A DNA stretch of 61,135 bases, the filler included. It is 7 parts of 7 records of this genome, joined end to end, with 100 filler letters (N's around TTAATTAATTAA, not from the genome) between each part and the next. Parts side by side here need not be neighbours in the genome. Positions count along the whole stretch, not along the records: positions 32,812 to 45,410 come from SRR31156797_1361; positions 45,511 to 55,331 come from SRR31156797_1372; 5 more parts are not named here. One strand, written 5' to 3'. Shown here piece by piece: positions 36,721 through 48,941 of the stretch. The translations under genes were made by a program, and so were the position numbers. The notes beneath the pieces were generated by a model that did not search any database, had not been told where the DNA came from, and saw only the letters and a list, made by a program, of their open reading frames with translations. Within the stretch, counting starts at the first letter, position 1; the number at the start of each line of letters is the position of its first letter.

Positions 36721-38709
36721 TTAAATTTGAAACTTATTAATTGAAGTATTTACTTCTTCAGATGTTTCAGATAATGTCTCGGCAACATCTACTAACTCAT
36801 TAATTGATGTAGTTGTATCAGTCATTGCGTGATTTATCTCTTCAATACTCATTGAGATATTCTCGAATGCTAGTCTGATTTCATCAGAATTTTGACTTAG
36901 ATCATTAATTTCTGATGTTTGCTCCTCTGTTTTGTTATAAACTTCTTCCAGAGAATTAATTACATTAGTTAAAACATCCATTACCTGAGTAAAGATTGTT
37001 TCTATTCTGTCAATCTCCTGAACCATTCCGGCTACTTTATCCCTACTTTTATTAGAGTTTTGGACTGTTTCATCAATTTTATTCGATATATCACTGATTT
37101 TATTCTCGATTTCCTCTGCCATGTCCTTAGAGTTACCAGCAAGCTTCCTGATCTCATCTGCTACTACTGCGAAACCTTTACCTGCCTCACCGGCTCTGGC
37201 AGCCTCTATGGCCGCATTAAGGGCTAATAAGTTCGTTTGATCTGTTACTCCATAAATTTTATTTACAAATTCCTGAATTTCAACTGATAAAAATTTTAAA
37301 CTTTCTACTTCATTAATATTTCCTTCTATTTCGTGACTTACTGCATTAATTTTTTCCGTTGCATTTTTTATCGTTGATTTTTCTTTTAAAGCTTGTTGTA
37401 ACATATCTTCATTCTCAGCTTTGATTCCGCTGAAATTTACTAACATCTCTTCCGATGATAATGAAATATTAGATGTTTTTCCTGCCATATCTTTTAGTTT
37501 ATCAACTGACTCATTTATACTACCTGTAATTTGCGTAATACTTGCAGATATCTCTTCTGATGATGAGCTGTTTTTCAGTATTGTTTCAGAAATTTTACTT
37601 GCTTCACCTTTCATATAGTTTGAAGCACCTTCTACTTCTGAAATTGTTTCTATAAATGCTGATGTCATTTTTTTAAACGATTCTCTTACTTGAGTTAATT
37701 CTCTAATTTTAGTTTTCTTTTTTGGTTCTTTCAATTTTAAATCAAGTGTTGCTAATCTCTCTGTTGTTGCAAGCATAGATTTCATTAAGAATGTTGTTGT
37801 TTTTATTAACGATATCGATAAAATAACCATTATAGCTATAATTCCAATAATAATTCCCATATTCTGATTATTAAGTTTCACAGTATGTTCCATCATTGTA
37901 TCACTAAGCGAGTTAATTTCGTTGATTGATGTAGTATTTCTTAACTGAGATGTTTTTAGGAAAGGCTCTATAACGAAACTCATATTTTTGTAGTTATAAA
38001 GTATCTCCTTATCCATAATTCTTTTGCTGTTTAATCTTTGATCATTTAAATCTGTATCCAGATCTCCCATTTCTTTTTCCAGAATAATTAACTCCTCTTC
38101 CATTGAAGAGATTTTTTCCTTACTCTGATTATTTTTTTCAGTTTGTAGTGTAGTAAATTTTTCTTTAAATACTCCTCTTTTTTCTTCTATTACTCCAAGA
38201 ATTTCTGATTCTTTAGTTTTACTGTCTTTTAAGTTCTTAAGACCAGCTTCTAATTTTTTATAAAGACCTTCACTTGCCTCTGAATCATCAATATCCTGAA
38301 ATGTTAGATTAAATGATTGCAGAGAACTTTCTGCCTCCCTATAATACCTAAAAATTTCATAATCTTTTGTTGCTTGATTTACCATGAACGCTGCTTTCAG
38401 GAAATCAACCGACAACTGTGTCTGAGCAATTTGAGCAATTACCAACTTAGAGTTATTCTGACTAATGTCACTGGCTTTATCTTTTACCTGCTGCATTTCC
38501 GCCATAAACATTTTACTCGATGAGTTAAATAACACTGCTAAACTAACTAATGATAAGATAATCACCAAAAATCCCAATGATAATTTGTGCGTTAGCTTCA
38601 TTGAAGCTCTCTGTTTCCTTGCTTTTTTTTGTTTCTTTGCACCTTTTGCTTTAATTTTTTTAGGTGACTTTGGCTGCTTTTTCTCTGATGTTTTTGAAAC
38701 TGATTTCAT
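36721..38709 (-). CDS. Methyl-accepting chemotaxis protein with Lys-rich N-terminus
   Basis: Two TM helices; [43 protein letters not shown]. Confidence 0.93.
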   Translation of the reverse strand: MKSVSKTSEKKQPKSPKKIKAKGAKKQKKARKQRASMKLTHKLSLGFLVIILSLVSLAVLFNSSSKMFMAEMQQVKDKASDISQNNSKLVIAQIAQTQLSVDFLKAAFMVNQATKDYEIFRYYREAESSLQSFNLTFQDIDDSEASEGLYKKLEAGLKNLKDSKTKESEILGVIEEKRGVFKEKFTTLQTEKNNQSKEKISSMEEELIILEKEMGDLDTDLNDQRLNSKRIMDKEILYNYKNMSFVIEPFLKTSQLRNTTSINEINSLSDTMMEHTVKLNNQNMGIIIGIIAIMVILSISLIKTTTFLMKSMLATTERLATLDLKLKEPKKKTKIRELTQVRESFKKMTSAFIETISEVEGASNYMKGEASKISETILKNSSSSEEISASITQITGSINESVDKLKDMAGKTSNISLSSEEMLVNFSGIKAENEDMLQQALKEKSTIKNATEKINAVSHEIEGNINEVESLKFLSVEIQEFVNKIYGVTDQTNLLALNAAIEAARAGEAGKGFAVVADEIRKLAGNSKDMAEEIENKISDISNKIDETVQNSNKSRDKVAGMVQEIDRIETIFTQVMDVLTNVINSLEEVYNKTEEQTSEINDLSQNSDEIRLAFENISMSIEEINHAMTDTTTSINELVDVAETLSETSEEVNTSINKFQI

Positions 38710-39064
38710 TAAACCATCCCTCCTCTACATCTACATATATACAACAGTTGTGTCTAAATGTCAACATTTTTTCTGTTTTCAGTACATTATTATACTTCAA
38801 CAATGAGTCATATCCATGTCAAAATAATTAATATGTCAATTCAAAATAACTAAATAACTAAAAATAAACGTAATTAAAGAAGTATAAGTAGCATTTTTTA
38901 AAAGATCTTTTTTTCTAATTAATAATAAATTTATTACTTTCTTAACTTTTGCTTAAAATTTTTTATTATTCTTTTTCAATACCTGAAAAAATTCTACTTT
39001 ATTAAAAAATCACCTTTATGATTTAAAAGGTGATTTAAAAATATATATTTAATTTTCTCTAAAC

Positions 39065-39370
39065 TTAATCACTAAATATCAAACTATAATAATAATCCAT
39101 TTTTTCCTCTATCTCTTGAATATTAAAAAATCTTGCACCTCTATATAACTCTTTCCCCTCAGAATAAATCAAGAGTGCCGGTATTGAAAATACAGAAAAC
39201 TCTCCGGCAGCGTAAGAAATTTCATCTAAATCAATAGAGACGAAACTAGAATGTTCATATTTCTCACTTAACTCAATAAATTTGGGTTTCATTACATGGC
39301 AAACAGAGCAATCGTTTCTGGACAAATATATAAATACAAACTTTTCATTTTTTAACTTCTTTAAATCCAT
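39065..39370 (-). CDS. Thioredoxin-family protein
   Basis: CSVC motif and cis-Pro VFSIP. Confidence 0.82.
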   Translation of the reverse strand: MDLKKLKNEKFVFIYLSRNDCSVCHVMKPKFIELSEKYEHSSFVSIDLDEISYAAGEFSVFSIPALLIYSEGKELYRGARFFNIQEIEEKMDYYYSLIFSD

Positions 39371-39375
39371 AATTT

Positions 39376-39831
39376 CTAATAATCAATTACTGAATAATCG
39401 ATTAATTCTCCCTCCTTATATATAAACTTTGCCGAAAACATCTCTTTTTCATTTAACCAGTCTAAAAATAGTCTGTCCCCTTTAGATATATTCAAATTCT
39501 TTATCTCACTGTCATCTATCCAATGTAAATCACCTTCAGCTGACTCAATAAGTTCTCCATTAAATTCACTTGTAGTAAATAAAAAAACATACCAATCATC
39601 TCCTCCAAAATTCGGAAAAGTCATAACTCCACGCAATTTAGGATTTAGAATATCTAAGCCGCTTTCCTCTTTTACTTCTCTTATTATGCACTCTTCAGGA
39701 CTCTCGCCGTTTTCTATTTTACCACCTAAACCTATCCATTTATCTTGATGAATATCATTCTCTTTTTTAACTCTATGTAAAAAAAGTGTTTTATTCTCTT
39801 TTTGTATATAACAAAGTGTTCCTAGTTTCAT
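39376..39831 (-). CDS. Nudix hydrolase (8-oxo-dGTPase, MutX-like)
   Basis: Nudix box GGKIENGESPEECIIREVKEESG. Confidence 0.9.
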   Translation of the reverse strand: MKLGTLCYIQKENKTLFLHRVKKENDIHQDKWIGLGGKIENGESPEECIIREVKEESGLDILNPKLRGVMTFPNFGGDDWYVFLFTTSEFNGELIESAEGDLHWIDDSEIKNLNISKGDRLFLDWLNEKEMFSAKFIYKEGELIDYSVIDY

Positions 39832-39880
39832 TTAATCATCCTCTTCAATTTATAATTTAAAGTATAACATAAATAAAAGC

Positions 39881-39910
39881 AAAAAAAAAGAAGCCGTCAC
39901 ATTGACGGCT
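39881..39910 (-). terminator. Intrinsic terminator of MCP copy 1
   Basis: AGCCGTCA/TGACGGCT stem with a U tract on the minus strand. Confidence 0.8.
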
Positions 39911-39916
39911 CAAAGT

Positions 39917-41656
39917 CTACTCTGTTTTAAATCCTTCTATATTACCTTGCAGTTTTACTATTAAATCTGCTAACTCTTGTAATTCAGTTAAATTCTCAGA
40001 TAAAATTTCTCCGATTTTCTGTGAAATTTCATTGTTTGTGATTGAAAAATGCTCAATTTCTGTTGAATTATTTGTAATATTTCCTACAGCTTTCGTTACT
40101 TCATTTACAGATATTGATTGTTCCTCCATCATTTTTGCTGTATTTCCAATCTCAATATCATTTTTGGAAATTATATCGTTTGTTTCTTTTATTGTATCTT
40201 TAACAACTTCTGTTATCTTAAGTGCAGAATCAACGTTTTCTTCTACTTCATCATTAGCTTTTTTAACTCCATTTACTTCATGCTGAATCGATTTAACTAT
40301 TTCCTCAATTTTATTTGTTTCACCATTAGTTTGTTCTGCAAGTTTTCTAATCTCATCTGCAACTACCGAGAATCCTCTACCAGCTTCTCCGGCTCTTGCA
40401 GCCTCAATTGCCGCATTAAGTGCTAATAAATTCGTTTGTTCTGCTATTGAATTAATCGATACTATTATCTCACCGATATTATTAGACGATTGCAATAAGT
40501 TATTAATTTGAGATTCAGCTTCTTTTACACTTCCGGTTATTGTACTCATCTCACTACTCATTTGCTCCATCTTTTCATAACCATTTGTAGAAATATTTAG
40601 AGCTCTATTTGAATGTTCCAGTACAATCTCAGTATTTTTATTAGCTTGATCTCCTGTTGCACTTATCTCTTCAAGTGCCGCAAGTGATTGCTGACTACTA
40701 GCTGTTTGATTTCTTACATTATCAAGCACATTACTTACATAAGTTCCAAGCTGTTTTGTTCCTTCATCCAACGGATTATGTATCTCTCTATATTTACCAC
40801 TTTCTTTTCCATTTACTATATTATCCATTACATTTGATATTGCCAGACTTTTTTCCGACACAACATCAGTTAAATCTCTTACTTCTGTTATTATACCCTG
40901 TAATTTCTCAATAAACATATCAAAATATTTTGCTAGTTCACCAGTTTCATCTTTAGTTTTGATATTTAATCTAGCTGTTAAATCAGCTTCTCCTTGAGAT
41001 ATATCCTTCATATTTTCTATCAAAACATTAAGAGGTTTTGTTATACCATTTGAGATCATCATTGAAAATATAAATACTACAACTAATGTTATAGATAATG
41101 AAATTACTGATTTTGTTATTGAAGCTGAACGAGTTTTTTCTGCACCTGTATTAAAGGCTATTCCTTTTTCATATGCAAAATTACTCAAATAATCCATGGC
41201 TTCATTTAATTCTTCCATCAACTTCACATCGTTCTGCATAGCGTTTGCAAATGCTGCCTCATTGCCTTCATTTTTTATAAGCCTAATTGTTTCCTCTCTC
41301 ATAGGTTTCCACTCTTTAAACAGAGTTCTTGCAGTTTCAACTCTCTGTTTATCTCCTAAGAACCTTTCATAAAGTAAATCAAATGTTTCAAGTGTTTCCT
41401 TTTCAACTGTATCAATATCTTTCCTCGATTGCTGTTCAAAGTTAATATCGATAAATAGTGATAGTACGCTTCCATTCATTTTCTCAATATTTTTCTGAAT
41501 CTTTTCAACTCCAACACTAACTGCCATTGGATGACGATATAACTTACGAGTTAAATCCGAAAGATTTAACATATCAAATATTGTAACAATATTTAAAATC
41601 GTAGTAATAATTATCAATCCCAAAAATCCCGACATCAACTTAGTTTTGATTTTCAT
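39917..41656 (-). CDS. Methyl-accepting chemotaxis protein (4HB-like sensor, HAMP), copy 1
   Basis: TM-sensor-TM-HAMP (DLTARL..DETGEL) and MCP signalling hairpin. Confidence 0.94.
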   Translation of the reverse strand: MKIKTKLMSGFLGLIIITTILNIVTIFDMLNLSDLTRKLYRHPMAVSVGVEKIQKNIEKMNGSVLSLFIDINFEQQSRKDIDTVEKETLETFDLLYERFLGDKQRVETARTLFKEWKPMREETIRLIKNEGNEAAFANAMQNDVKLMEELNEAMDYLSNFAYEKGIAFNTGAEKTRSASITKSVISLSITLVVVFIFSMMISNGITKPLNVLIENMKDISQGEADLTARLNIKTKDETGELAKYFDMFIEKLQGIITEVRDLTDVVSEKSLAISNVMDNIVNGKESGKYREIHNPLDEGTKQLGTYVSNVLDNVRNQTASSQQSLAALEEISATGDQANKNTEIVLEHSNRALNISTNGYEKMEQMSSEMSTITGSVKEAESQINNLLQSSNNIGEIIVSINSIAEQTNLLALNAAIEAARAGEAGRGFSVVADEIRKLAEQTNGETNKIEEIVKSIQHEVNGVKKANDEVEENVDSALKITEVVKDTIKETNDIISKNDIEIGNTAKMMEEQSISVNEVTKAVGNITNNSTEIEHFSITNNEISQKIGEILSENLTELQELADLIVKLQGNIEGFKTE

Positions 41657-41937
41657 ATTAGTAGACCTCCTAGTTTTTTACTTCTCTCCCATACTATTAT
41701 ATGCATAAATATATTTTTTCCTCTTTTTAAATATCCCATTAAAATTAACTTTTTATATAATAAAGCATTATTCGCTTAGTTTTATATATAAAGTTTTTAC
41801 CTGAATTTTACTCCTCTGTTAATTTTGTCATTATTTTTTATATAAATATAAGTCAAATCTGTCATCATTACAACTTATTTCTTAGCTGTAAAATAATTAA
41901 TATTAAAAATTTTAAAACTTATAAGTTTATAATTATC

Positions 41938-41964
41938 AAAAAAAAGCCGTCACAAGGACGGCTT
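41938..41964 (-). terminator. Intrinsic terminator of MCP copy 2
   Basis: AAGCCGTC/GACGGCTT stem with a U tract; homologous to the copy 1 terminator. Confidence 0.8.
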
Positions 41965-41969
41965 AAAAT

Positions 41970-43709
41970 TTACTCGGTTTTAAATCCTTCTATATTACCT
42001 TGGAGTTTTACAATTAAATCTGCTAAATTTTCAAGTTCTACTAAATTTTCGGATAAAATTTTACCAATAGATTTTGATATCTCATCATTTGTAATTGAAA
42101 TATGCTCTATCTCTGTTGAACTATTTGTTATATTATCCACAGCCTTAGTAACTTCATTTACTGAAATTGATTGCTCCTCTATTATTTTAGCAATATTACC
42201 AATTTCTATATCATTTTGTGATATTATATCATTTGTTTCTTTAATAGTATCTTTTACTGACTCTGTTATTTTCAGAGCTGATGTTACATTATCCTCTACA
42301 TCATCATTTGCACTTTTTACACCATTTACTTCTTGTTGAATGGTTTTTATTATCTCTTCAATTTTATTTGTTTCGCCGTTAGTCTGCTCAGCAAGCTTTC
42401 TAATCTCATCAGCAACTACTGAGAAACCTCTACCTGCTTCTCCTGCTCTTGCAGCCTCAATCGCTGCATTAAGAGCTAAGAGATTAGTTTGTTCTGCAAT
42501 TGAGTTAATCGAAACTATTATCTCTCCGATATTATTTGACGATTGTAGCAAATTATTAATTTGAGATTCCGCTTCTTTAACACTTCCTGTTATGGTACTC
42601 ATCTCACTACTCATTTGCTCCATTTTTTCATAACCTTTACTTGAGATAGATAGTGCTTTATTTGAATGCTCTAAAATAATCTCGGTATTTTTACTTGATT
42701 CTGTTCCTGTTGCATTTACTTCTTCAAGTGCAGCCAATGATTGTTGGCTACTTGCAGTTTGATTTCTTACATTATCAAGAACGCTACTTACGTAACTCTC
42801 CAGTTGTCTGGTTCCTTCATTTACAGGATTAACTATTTCATTAAATGCTTTACTCTCTTTACCTTTAACTATATTATCCATTACTTTCGATATATTAGTA
42901 CTTTTTTCCGATACTACATCAGTTAAGTCTCTAACTTCTGTTATGATTCCCTGAAGTTTCTCTATAAACATATCAAAATACAGCGATAATTCTCCAGTTT
43001 CATCTTTAGTTTTTATATTAAGTCTAGCTGTCAGATCAGCTTCTCCCTGAGAGATATCTTTCATATTTTCTATTAAAATTTTAAGAGGTTTTGTTATTCC
43101 GCTTGAAATAAAAAATGAGAATATAAATACAGCTATTATTGTAATTGATAATGAAATTACTGATTTCGTTATCGATGATTTACGTGTTGCCTCTGCTCCT
43201 GAATTAAATGCAATTCCTTTTTCATGGGCAAAGTTACTTAAAAAATCCATTGCCTTTTTAAGTTTGTCACGATGTGGCCTGTCATTTGCTTTTGCATAAT
43301 TAAGGGCTTCTTCTAAATTCCCTGATTCAGCTAGTCTGATAAATTCATCTCTGCTTGTTTTCCACTCTTTAAACAGATCTCTTGCTTCATCTACCCTTGC
43401 TTTATCTCCCAAAAATCTTTCATATAGGAGTTCAAAACTATCAAGTGTATACCTTTCTATTCTATCTATATTTGATTTTGCTGTACTCTTGATTCCACTA
43501 TCATATGTAAAATATTGCATATTACTAACTATCTCTATAATGTTCTTTTCAATCTCTGCTACGGTTACACTTACTGTCATTGGATGTCTATAAAGTTTAG
43601 CTGTTAAATCAGAAAGTTTAAGCATATCAAATATCGTTATTACATTTAATATAGTAGTTACTATTATTAATCCAATGAAGCCTGACATCAATTTAGCCTT
43701 GATTTTCAT
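41970..43709 (-). CDS. Methyl-accepting chemotaxis protein, copy 2 (tandem paralog)
   Basis: Same 579-aa length and architecture as copy 1. Confidence 0.94.
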   Translation of the reverse strand: MKIKAKLMSGFIGLIIVTTILNVITIFDMLKLSDLTAKLYRHPMTVSVTVAEIEKNIIEIVSNMQYFTYDSGIKSTAKSNIDRIERYTLDSFELLYERFLGDKARVDEARDLFKEWKTSRDEFIRLAESGNLEEALNYAKANDRPHRDKLKKAMDFLSNFAHEKGIAFNSGAEATRKSSITKSVISLSITIIAVFIFSFFISSGITKPLKILIENMKDISQGEADLTARLNIKTKDETGELSLYFDMFIEKLQGIITEVRDLTDVVSEKSTNISKVMDNIVKGKESKAFNEIVNPVNEGTRQLESYVSSVLDNVRNQTASSQQSLAALEEVNATGTESSKNTEIILEHSNKALSISSKGYEKMEQMSSEMSTITGSVKEAESQINNLLQSSNNIGEIIVSINSIAEQTNLLALNAAIEAARAGEAGRGFSVVADEIRKLAEQTNGETNKIEEIIKTIQQEVNGVKSANDDVEDNVTSALKITESVKDTIKETNDIISQNDIEIGNIAKIIEEQSISVNEVTKAVDNITNSSTEIEHISITNDEISKSIGKILSENLVELENLADLIVKLQGNIEGFKTE

Positions 43710-43895
43710 AAAATCATCCTCCTAATTAATCAACTTCTCTTGCATTAATAGTTATATGATATTTTTATATTTTTCCTTTTTTATTATTTTAATAAACAAA
43801 TATCTTTTTAATGTATATGATTGCCTATACAATAATTTTTTTAGATGAATCTTCTAAGCAAATCAACCTTTAGTACTTTTTTATATCAAAAAATT

Positions 43896-43930
43896 AAAAA
43901 AGGAAGAGATTTAGATTTTTCTCTTCCTTT
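43896..43930 (-). terminator. gatB terminator
   Basis: AAAGGAAGAGA/TCTCTTCCTTT stem. Confidence 0.7.
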
Positions 43931-43944
43931 ATAAATTATAATTA

Positions 43945-45384
43945 TTATTCAGCTAATTTAGCATCGATCATATCTGATGCCATTTTAGGATTTGCTTTTC
44001 CTTTAGACATTTTCATAACTTGTCCAACAAGGAATCCTTTTACTTTAGTGTTTCCACCTTTGAATTGCTCCACAACATTTGCATTATTAGCAAGTACATC
44101 TTCAACGATTTTTTCGATTTCAGATGAATCATTTACTTGAATTAAACCTTTTTCTTCTACAATTACTTTTGCAGTTTTTCCTGTTTTTGCGATTTCATCG
44201 AATACCTGAGTCGCGGCGCTACTGTTAATAGTTCCGGCTTTTGCCATTTTGATGATTTCAGCTAACTCTTTTGGATCAAAACTGATTTCTTCCGGAGTTA
44301 TTTTCATCTCATGCATTAATCTAATGATATCTCTAAGTACCCAGTTACAAGCGGACTTAGCATCTGCTCCAGCTTCTACTACTTTTTCATAGAACTCTGC
44401 AAGTGCTCTTTCATCAACTAAAATTGCTGCATCAGTTTCATTTAATCCGTATTCAGATATAAATCTAGCTAATTTAGCTTGAGGAAGTTCTGGCATAGTT
44501 GCTCTGGCATTCTCAACAATTTCATCCTTTACAACTATAGGGATAACATCTGGTTCTGGGAAGTATCTATAATCATGAGCGTCTTCTTTACTTCTCATTG
44601 GTATAGTTTTTCCTTTTGCAGCGTCCCATCTTCGAGTTTCTTGTACGATTTTATGCTCTTCACCATATTTATATAATTCAAGTTGTCTTTTTTGTTCTTT
44701 AGCTATTGCTTTTTCTAACTCTTTAAATGAGTTAATGTTTTTAAGCTCTACTCTTGTGTTGAGCTTAGTATCGCCAACTTTTCTCATTGAGATATTTGCA
44801 TCACATCTCATAGATCCTTCTTCCATTTTACAGTCAGAAATTCCAGCATATATCATAGTACTTCTAAGTACTTTAAGGAAAGTAATAGCTTCGTCTATTG
44901 ATCTTAGATCAGGTTCCGTTACTATCTCACATAGTGGAACTCCAACTCTGTTGTAATCAATATATGTATATGGTTCAAACTCTGCATGGACTAATTTCCC
45001 TGCATCCTCTTCCATATGGATTCTGTTGATTCTAATATCTTTTTTACCATGTTCAGTATCAATTTGAACAAGTCCGTTTTCACAGATTGGTAGATCAAAT
45101 TGTGAAATTTGATATGCTTTAGGTGAATCCGGGTAGAAGTAGTTTTTTCTATCCATTTTATTCAGTTGATTAATTTCGCATCCTATTGCTAATCCTGCTT
45201 TAGTAGCAAGTTTTACAACTTGTTCATTCATTACTGGTAAAGCTCCAGGTAATGCTAAACAAACCGGACATGTATTTGCATTAGGTTCTGCACCGAACTC
45301 AGTAGAACAGTTACAGAATATTTTCGTTTTAGTTGCTAGCTCAACGTGTATCTCAAGCCCTATTATAGTCTCATATGCTGCCAT
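43945..45384 (-). CDS. gatB: Asp/Glu-tRNA amidotransferase subunit B
   Basis: IGLEIHVEL, RKNYFYPD, EEDAGK, GSMRCDAN, DYRYFPEPD. Confidence 0.97.
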   Translation of the reverse strand: MAAYETIIGLEIHVELATKTKIFCNCSTEFGAEPNANTCPVCLALPGALPVMNEQVVKLATKAGLAIGCEINQLNKMDRKNYFYPDSPKAYQISQFDLPICENGLVQIDTEHGKKDIRINRIHMEEDAGKLVHAEFEPYTYIDYNRVGVPLCEIVTEPDLRSIDEAITFLKVLRSTMIYAGISDCKMEEGSMRCDANISMRKVGDTKLNTRVELKNINSFKELEKAIAKEQKRQLELYKYGEEHKIVQETRRWDAAKGKTIPMRSKEDAHDYRYFPEPDVIPIVVKDEIVENARATMPELPQAKLARFISEYGLNETDAAILVDERALAEFYEKVVEAGADAKSACNWVLRDIIRLMHEMKITPEEISFDPKELAEIIKMAKAGTINSSAATQVFDEIAKTGKTAKVIVEEKGLIQVNDSSEIEKIVEDVLANNANVVEQFKGGNTKVKGFLVGQVMKMSKGKANPKMASDMIDAKLAE

Positions 45385-45410
45385 TATTCTACCCCCTCAA
45401 AAGCTTTTGC

Positions 45411-45510
45411 NNNNNNNNNNNNNNNNNNNNNNNNNNNNNNNNNNNNNNNNNNNNTTAATTAATTAANNNNNNNNNNNNNNNNNNNNNNNNNNNNNNNNNN
45501 NNNNNNNNNN
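45411..45510. other. Artificial contig spacer
   Basis: N44-TTAATTAATTAA-N44. Confidence 0.98.
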
Positions 45511-46409
45511 TCATTTTCAGTTTTTCTACCTTTTCTTCTATCTCCATACTCTTTAGAAAGGTTTCCTACGTTCCATGTTCCGTTAGTATGCATTAATGAT
45601 TTTCCATCCATTAATAGACCGATTGCATCTTCATATTCAGCTAATGCTACCGATTCTTTTGGTATAGCACCATTTGCTACTAATTTTTGAACTAATTCCA
45701 TAGCTTCTACGAATTTAGGTGAGTTCCATGCAACTTCACCTTTATCAGCTTTAGCTACGATTCCAGGAGATACTTGGTTAACAATTGTGTTAAAGAAATC
45801 CGCTGCAAACCATCCATCTTTTAATCCGATTGAGATAGTTAATTTATCAGGGTAAGCTTCATTGATTTTAGCAATTGTAGCCATGTATTCGTCATAGTTA
45901 GTTGGTACTTCAATTCCAGCTTTTTCAAACATAGTTGCATTGTAGTATACCCACATAACTCCACCCATTCCTAAAGGAACAGTGTATAAATTGTCGTCTC
46001 CACCGGCTCTTTTAGCACCTTCTAATACTTTTGGCGCGATCTCTTTTGACCAAGGACCTAATTCAGGCTCAAGGTTCATTAAATAAGGCTTAAATTGAGA
46101 TATGAATGCTCCCTCTTGGATCGACATAACGTCAGGTCCTACACCAGATTGGAACTCAAGTTTTAATTTGTTGATATAATCATCAATCATGAATCTTGAA
46201 GCTTGTAAGTCATACTCAGGATACTTTTCTTCAAATCCTTTTTCGATTACTTCAAAATCTTCTTGAGTCGGGTACCATCCCCACCATGTAATAACAGTTT
46301 TCTCATTTCCAGCTTTCTTGTCTTTCTTCTTAAAGATATCAAAGATTCCACCGAATGCTGCTGTTGACATAATTGCACATAATAAAATTACTCCTAGAAA
46401 TTTCTTCAT
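45511..46409 (-). CDS. Sugar ABC transporter substrate-binding protein, 3'-truncated
   Basis: Signal peptide; ITWWGW, GPDV, YYNATMFEKAGIEVPTNYDE (SBP family 1). Confidence 0.88.
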
Positions 46410-46481
46410 AAAAAATTTCCCTCCTTTGGTTTTGTGGTTTTTGTTATATTAACAAAAGTTAATTACTAAACTCTTTTTGAG

Positions 46482-46590
46482 AAATCATAAATCTATGCAC
46501 ACTATAGCTGAGAATTGGTTAGTTTCTCATTCCTAAATTACTTTGGTTAGGAGTAATTATCAGACAATACAGTATGCAAATTAATGATTT
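46482..46590 (-). ncRNA. Putative structured cis-RNA with twin NCUAACCAA loops
   Basis: Long outer stem whose G-U pairs work only on the minus strand, enclosing two hairpins with near-identical 9-nt loops. Confidence 0.5.
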
Positions 46591-46660
46591 ACGAATGTTC
46601 CCTGTGATACTATGACTACCTCACACAATATTTATTTTATTATGTGATTTTTGGTTTTGG

Positions 46661-48904
46661 TTATTTTGCTACTATTTTAAATAATTTTGAAGAGAAATCT
46701 TTACTTTCGTGTCTTTCACCCGAGAAGTCTGCTCCTGAATCCGGGTCAAATACATAACCTGCATTCATTAGTTCATCTCCGTAGTAAACACCTAGTTCGA
46801 TCTCTTCATTTTTTTTGATCTGCTTAACTAAATATTCTGTATTTTCATCCAAGCCTTTTAAATTGATCTTTTTAAAACCTTGGTTTGGTGTATTCAGAAT
46901 TTGGTAATATCCAAGGATTGCCTCTTTTTTATCTTTTGAAACTGTCATCCAGGCAGTTTCATTTCCAGCATGAGGCCCTTTTAATCTAATAAAATCTCCA
47001 AATTGAAACAGTTCTCTATTAGTCTTGAAATATTTTATATGCTCTTTCACTGCTTCTTTATCTTTTTCGCTCATCTTAGTTGCATCCAGTTCATATCCAA
47101 ATGCTCCAAAGTAAGCTACATTTGTTCTCGTCTCAAGAGATGTTAATCTTGAAACTTGATGATTTGGTACTTCTGATACATGTGCTCCCATTGAACTTAC
47201 TGGATAAACCATTGATGTACCATATTGAATATGTAATCTCTCTACAGCATCACTGTCATCACTTGTCCATGCTTGAGGTGCATAATATAACATTCCGGGA
47301 TCAAATCTTCCCCCTCCTGCTGCACATGATTCAAATAATATTTTCGGGAATTTTTTTGTTAATCTATCATATAGATCATAAACTCCCAATATGTATCTAT
47401 GAGCTATTTCTGATTGCCTGTCAGCTGAAAGCCAAGTAGAACCTATTTCACTCATATTCCTATTCATATCCCATTTAACATAAGATATTGGTGCTTCGTT
47501 TAATACTTTTTCCATCATTGTATAGATATAATCCACACAATCTTTATTTGAGAAATCAAGTACTAATTGATTTCTTCCTGTAGATAGTTTTCTATCAGGT
47601 ACCTGAATAAGCCACTCTTTATGATTTTTATAAAGCTCACTTTTCTCTGATACCATCTCAGGTTCAAACCAAAGTCCGAATCTAAGTCCTTTAGAAACTA
47701 TCTTATCAGCAATTCCTTTTATACCGTTTGGAAGTTTCTCTTCATTTACAAACCAATCTCCTAAAGAGCTTTGATCTGAATTTCTTTTACCAAACCATCC
47801 ATCATCTAAGACAAACAGTTCTACTCCCAATTTAACCGCTTCATCAGCAATTGCTTCTATTTTATCTTCTGTGAAGCTGAAATATGTAGCTTCCCAGTTG
47901 TTGATTAATACAGGTCTTACTCTGTCTCTCCAATATCCTCTGGCAAGTCTTGTTCTATAAAGATTATGATAAATACTGCTCATACCATTTAATCCTTTAT
48001 CACTATAGACCATTACCGCTTCCGGTGATTGGAACTCCTGACCACTCTCTAATAACCAGTTGAATTCAAATGGGTTGATTCCCATAATAACTCTGGATAC
48101 ATCATAGTGATCTACTTCTACCTGAGCTAAGAAGTTTCCACTGTATACTAATGAAAATCCATATACATCTCCTTGAAACTCGTCAGTAGTTTTTCTCACA
48201 AGAGCGATAAAAGGATTCTGCTGTTGACTGCTGCTTCCTCTTGTACTCTCTATGCTTTGAACCCCTATCCTAAGCGGATTTCTATACAGATGTCTCTCTC
48301 TTGCCCAAGCGCCAGATAGTTGGATCATATCATAATCGCTATCGAACATATCAACAGACATACTCATTAATCTTTTTATGTTAAGTTTTTCTGTACCATT
48401 ATTTTTAATTCTTACATTTCTTGTTATTGCATCTAAGTCTTCAAATACAGTATAGCTGAGTACTAACTCTGTATTTAATAGTTCATCAAACAATGTAATT
48501 TCAAGTGTTTCAGCTTCATTTTCATTTTCTACATATGTTGCAGGTAAGCCATTCAGTTTATTTTTACCTTTATATATTTCGAAACTTTTAAATCTAAACT
48601 CTGTTACTCTACTTCCATTTTCCTGTAGAATTTGGTATGCAGGATGTCTAAAATCCCCTTTACCATATGATGGATACTCCTGTTTAACTGCTACTAAAGC
48701 AAATTGCGGGTCATCCTGAAATTCACACACTGCTGAAGGCGTGTCATGTTTTTTGAACATGTGAGCAAAAGAATCTCGTTGTCTGATTCTTTTACCATAA
48801 TAAAGGTGACCTAACTGTCTATCCTTCATTATACTGAAAATATAACTGGTATTTTTCGTTTGTAAGTGAAACTCATTTTCAGTTTGGTTTATTAAAACTG
48901 CCAT
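46661..48904 (-). CDS. GH36 alpha-galactosidase
   Basis: NNWEATYF, LFVLDDGWFG, FGLWFEPEMV, YVKWDMNR, CAAGGGRFD, WTSD. Confidence 0.96.
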   Translation of the reverse strand: MAVLINQTENEFHLQTKNTSYIFSIMKDRQLGHLYYGKRIRQRDSFAHMFKKHDTPSAVCEFQDDPQFALVAVKQEYPSYGKGDFRHPAYQILQENGSRVTEFRFKSFEIYKGKNKLNGLPATYVENENEAETLEITLFDELLNTELVLSYTVFEDLDAITRNVRIKNNGTEKLNIKRLMSMSVDMFDSDYDMIQLSGAWARERHLYRNPLRIGVQSIESTRGSSSQQQNPFIALVRKTTDEFQGDVYGFSLVYSGNFLAQVEVDHYDVSRVIMGINPFEFNWLLESGQEFQSPEAVMVYSDKGLNGMSSIYHNLYRTRLARGYWRDRVRPVLINNWEATYFSFTEDKIEAIADEAVKLGVELFVLDDGWFGKRNSDQSSLGDWFVNEEKLPNGIKGIADKIVSKGLRFGLWFEPEMVSEKSELYKNHKEWLIQVPDRKLSTGRNQLVLDFSNKDCVDYIYTMMEKVLNEAPISYVKWDMNRNMSEIGSTWLSADRQSEIAHRYILGVYDLYDRLTKKFPKILFESCAAGGGRFDPGMLYYAPQAWTSDDSDAVERLHIQYGTSMVYPVSSMGAHVSEVPNHQVSRLTSLETRTNVAYFGAFGYELDATKMSEKDKEAVKEHIKYFKTNRELFQFGDFIRLKGPHAGNETAWMTVSKDKKEAILGYYQILNTPNQGFKKINLKGLDENTEYLVKQIKKNEEIELGVYYGDELMNAGYVFDPDSGADFSGERHESKDFSSKLFKIVAK

Positions 48905-48941
48905 CTCTTCTCTTTTCCTCCTAATATTGTTAATTATAAAA

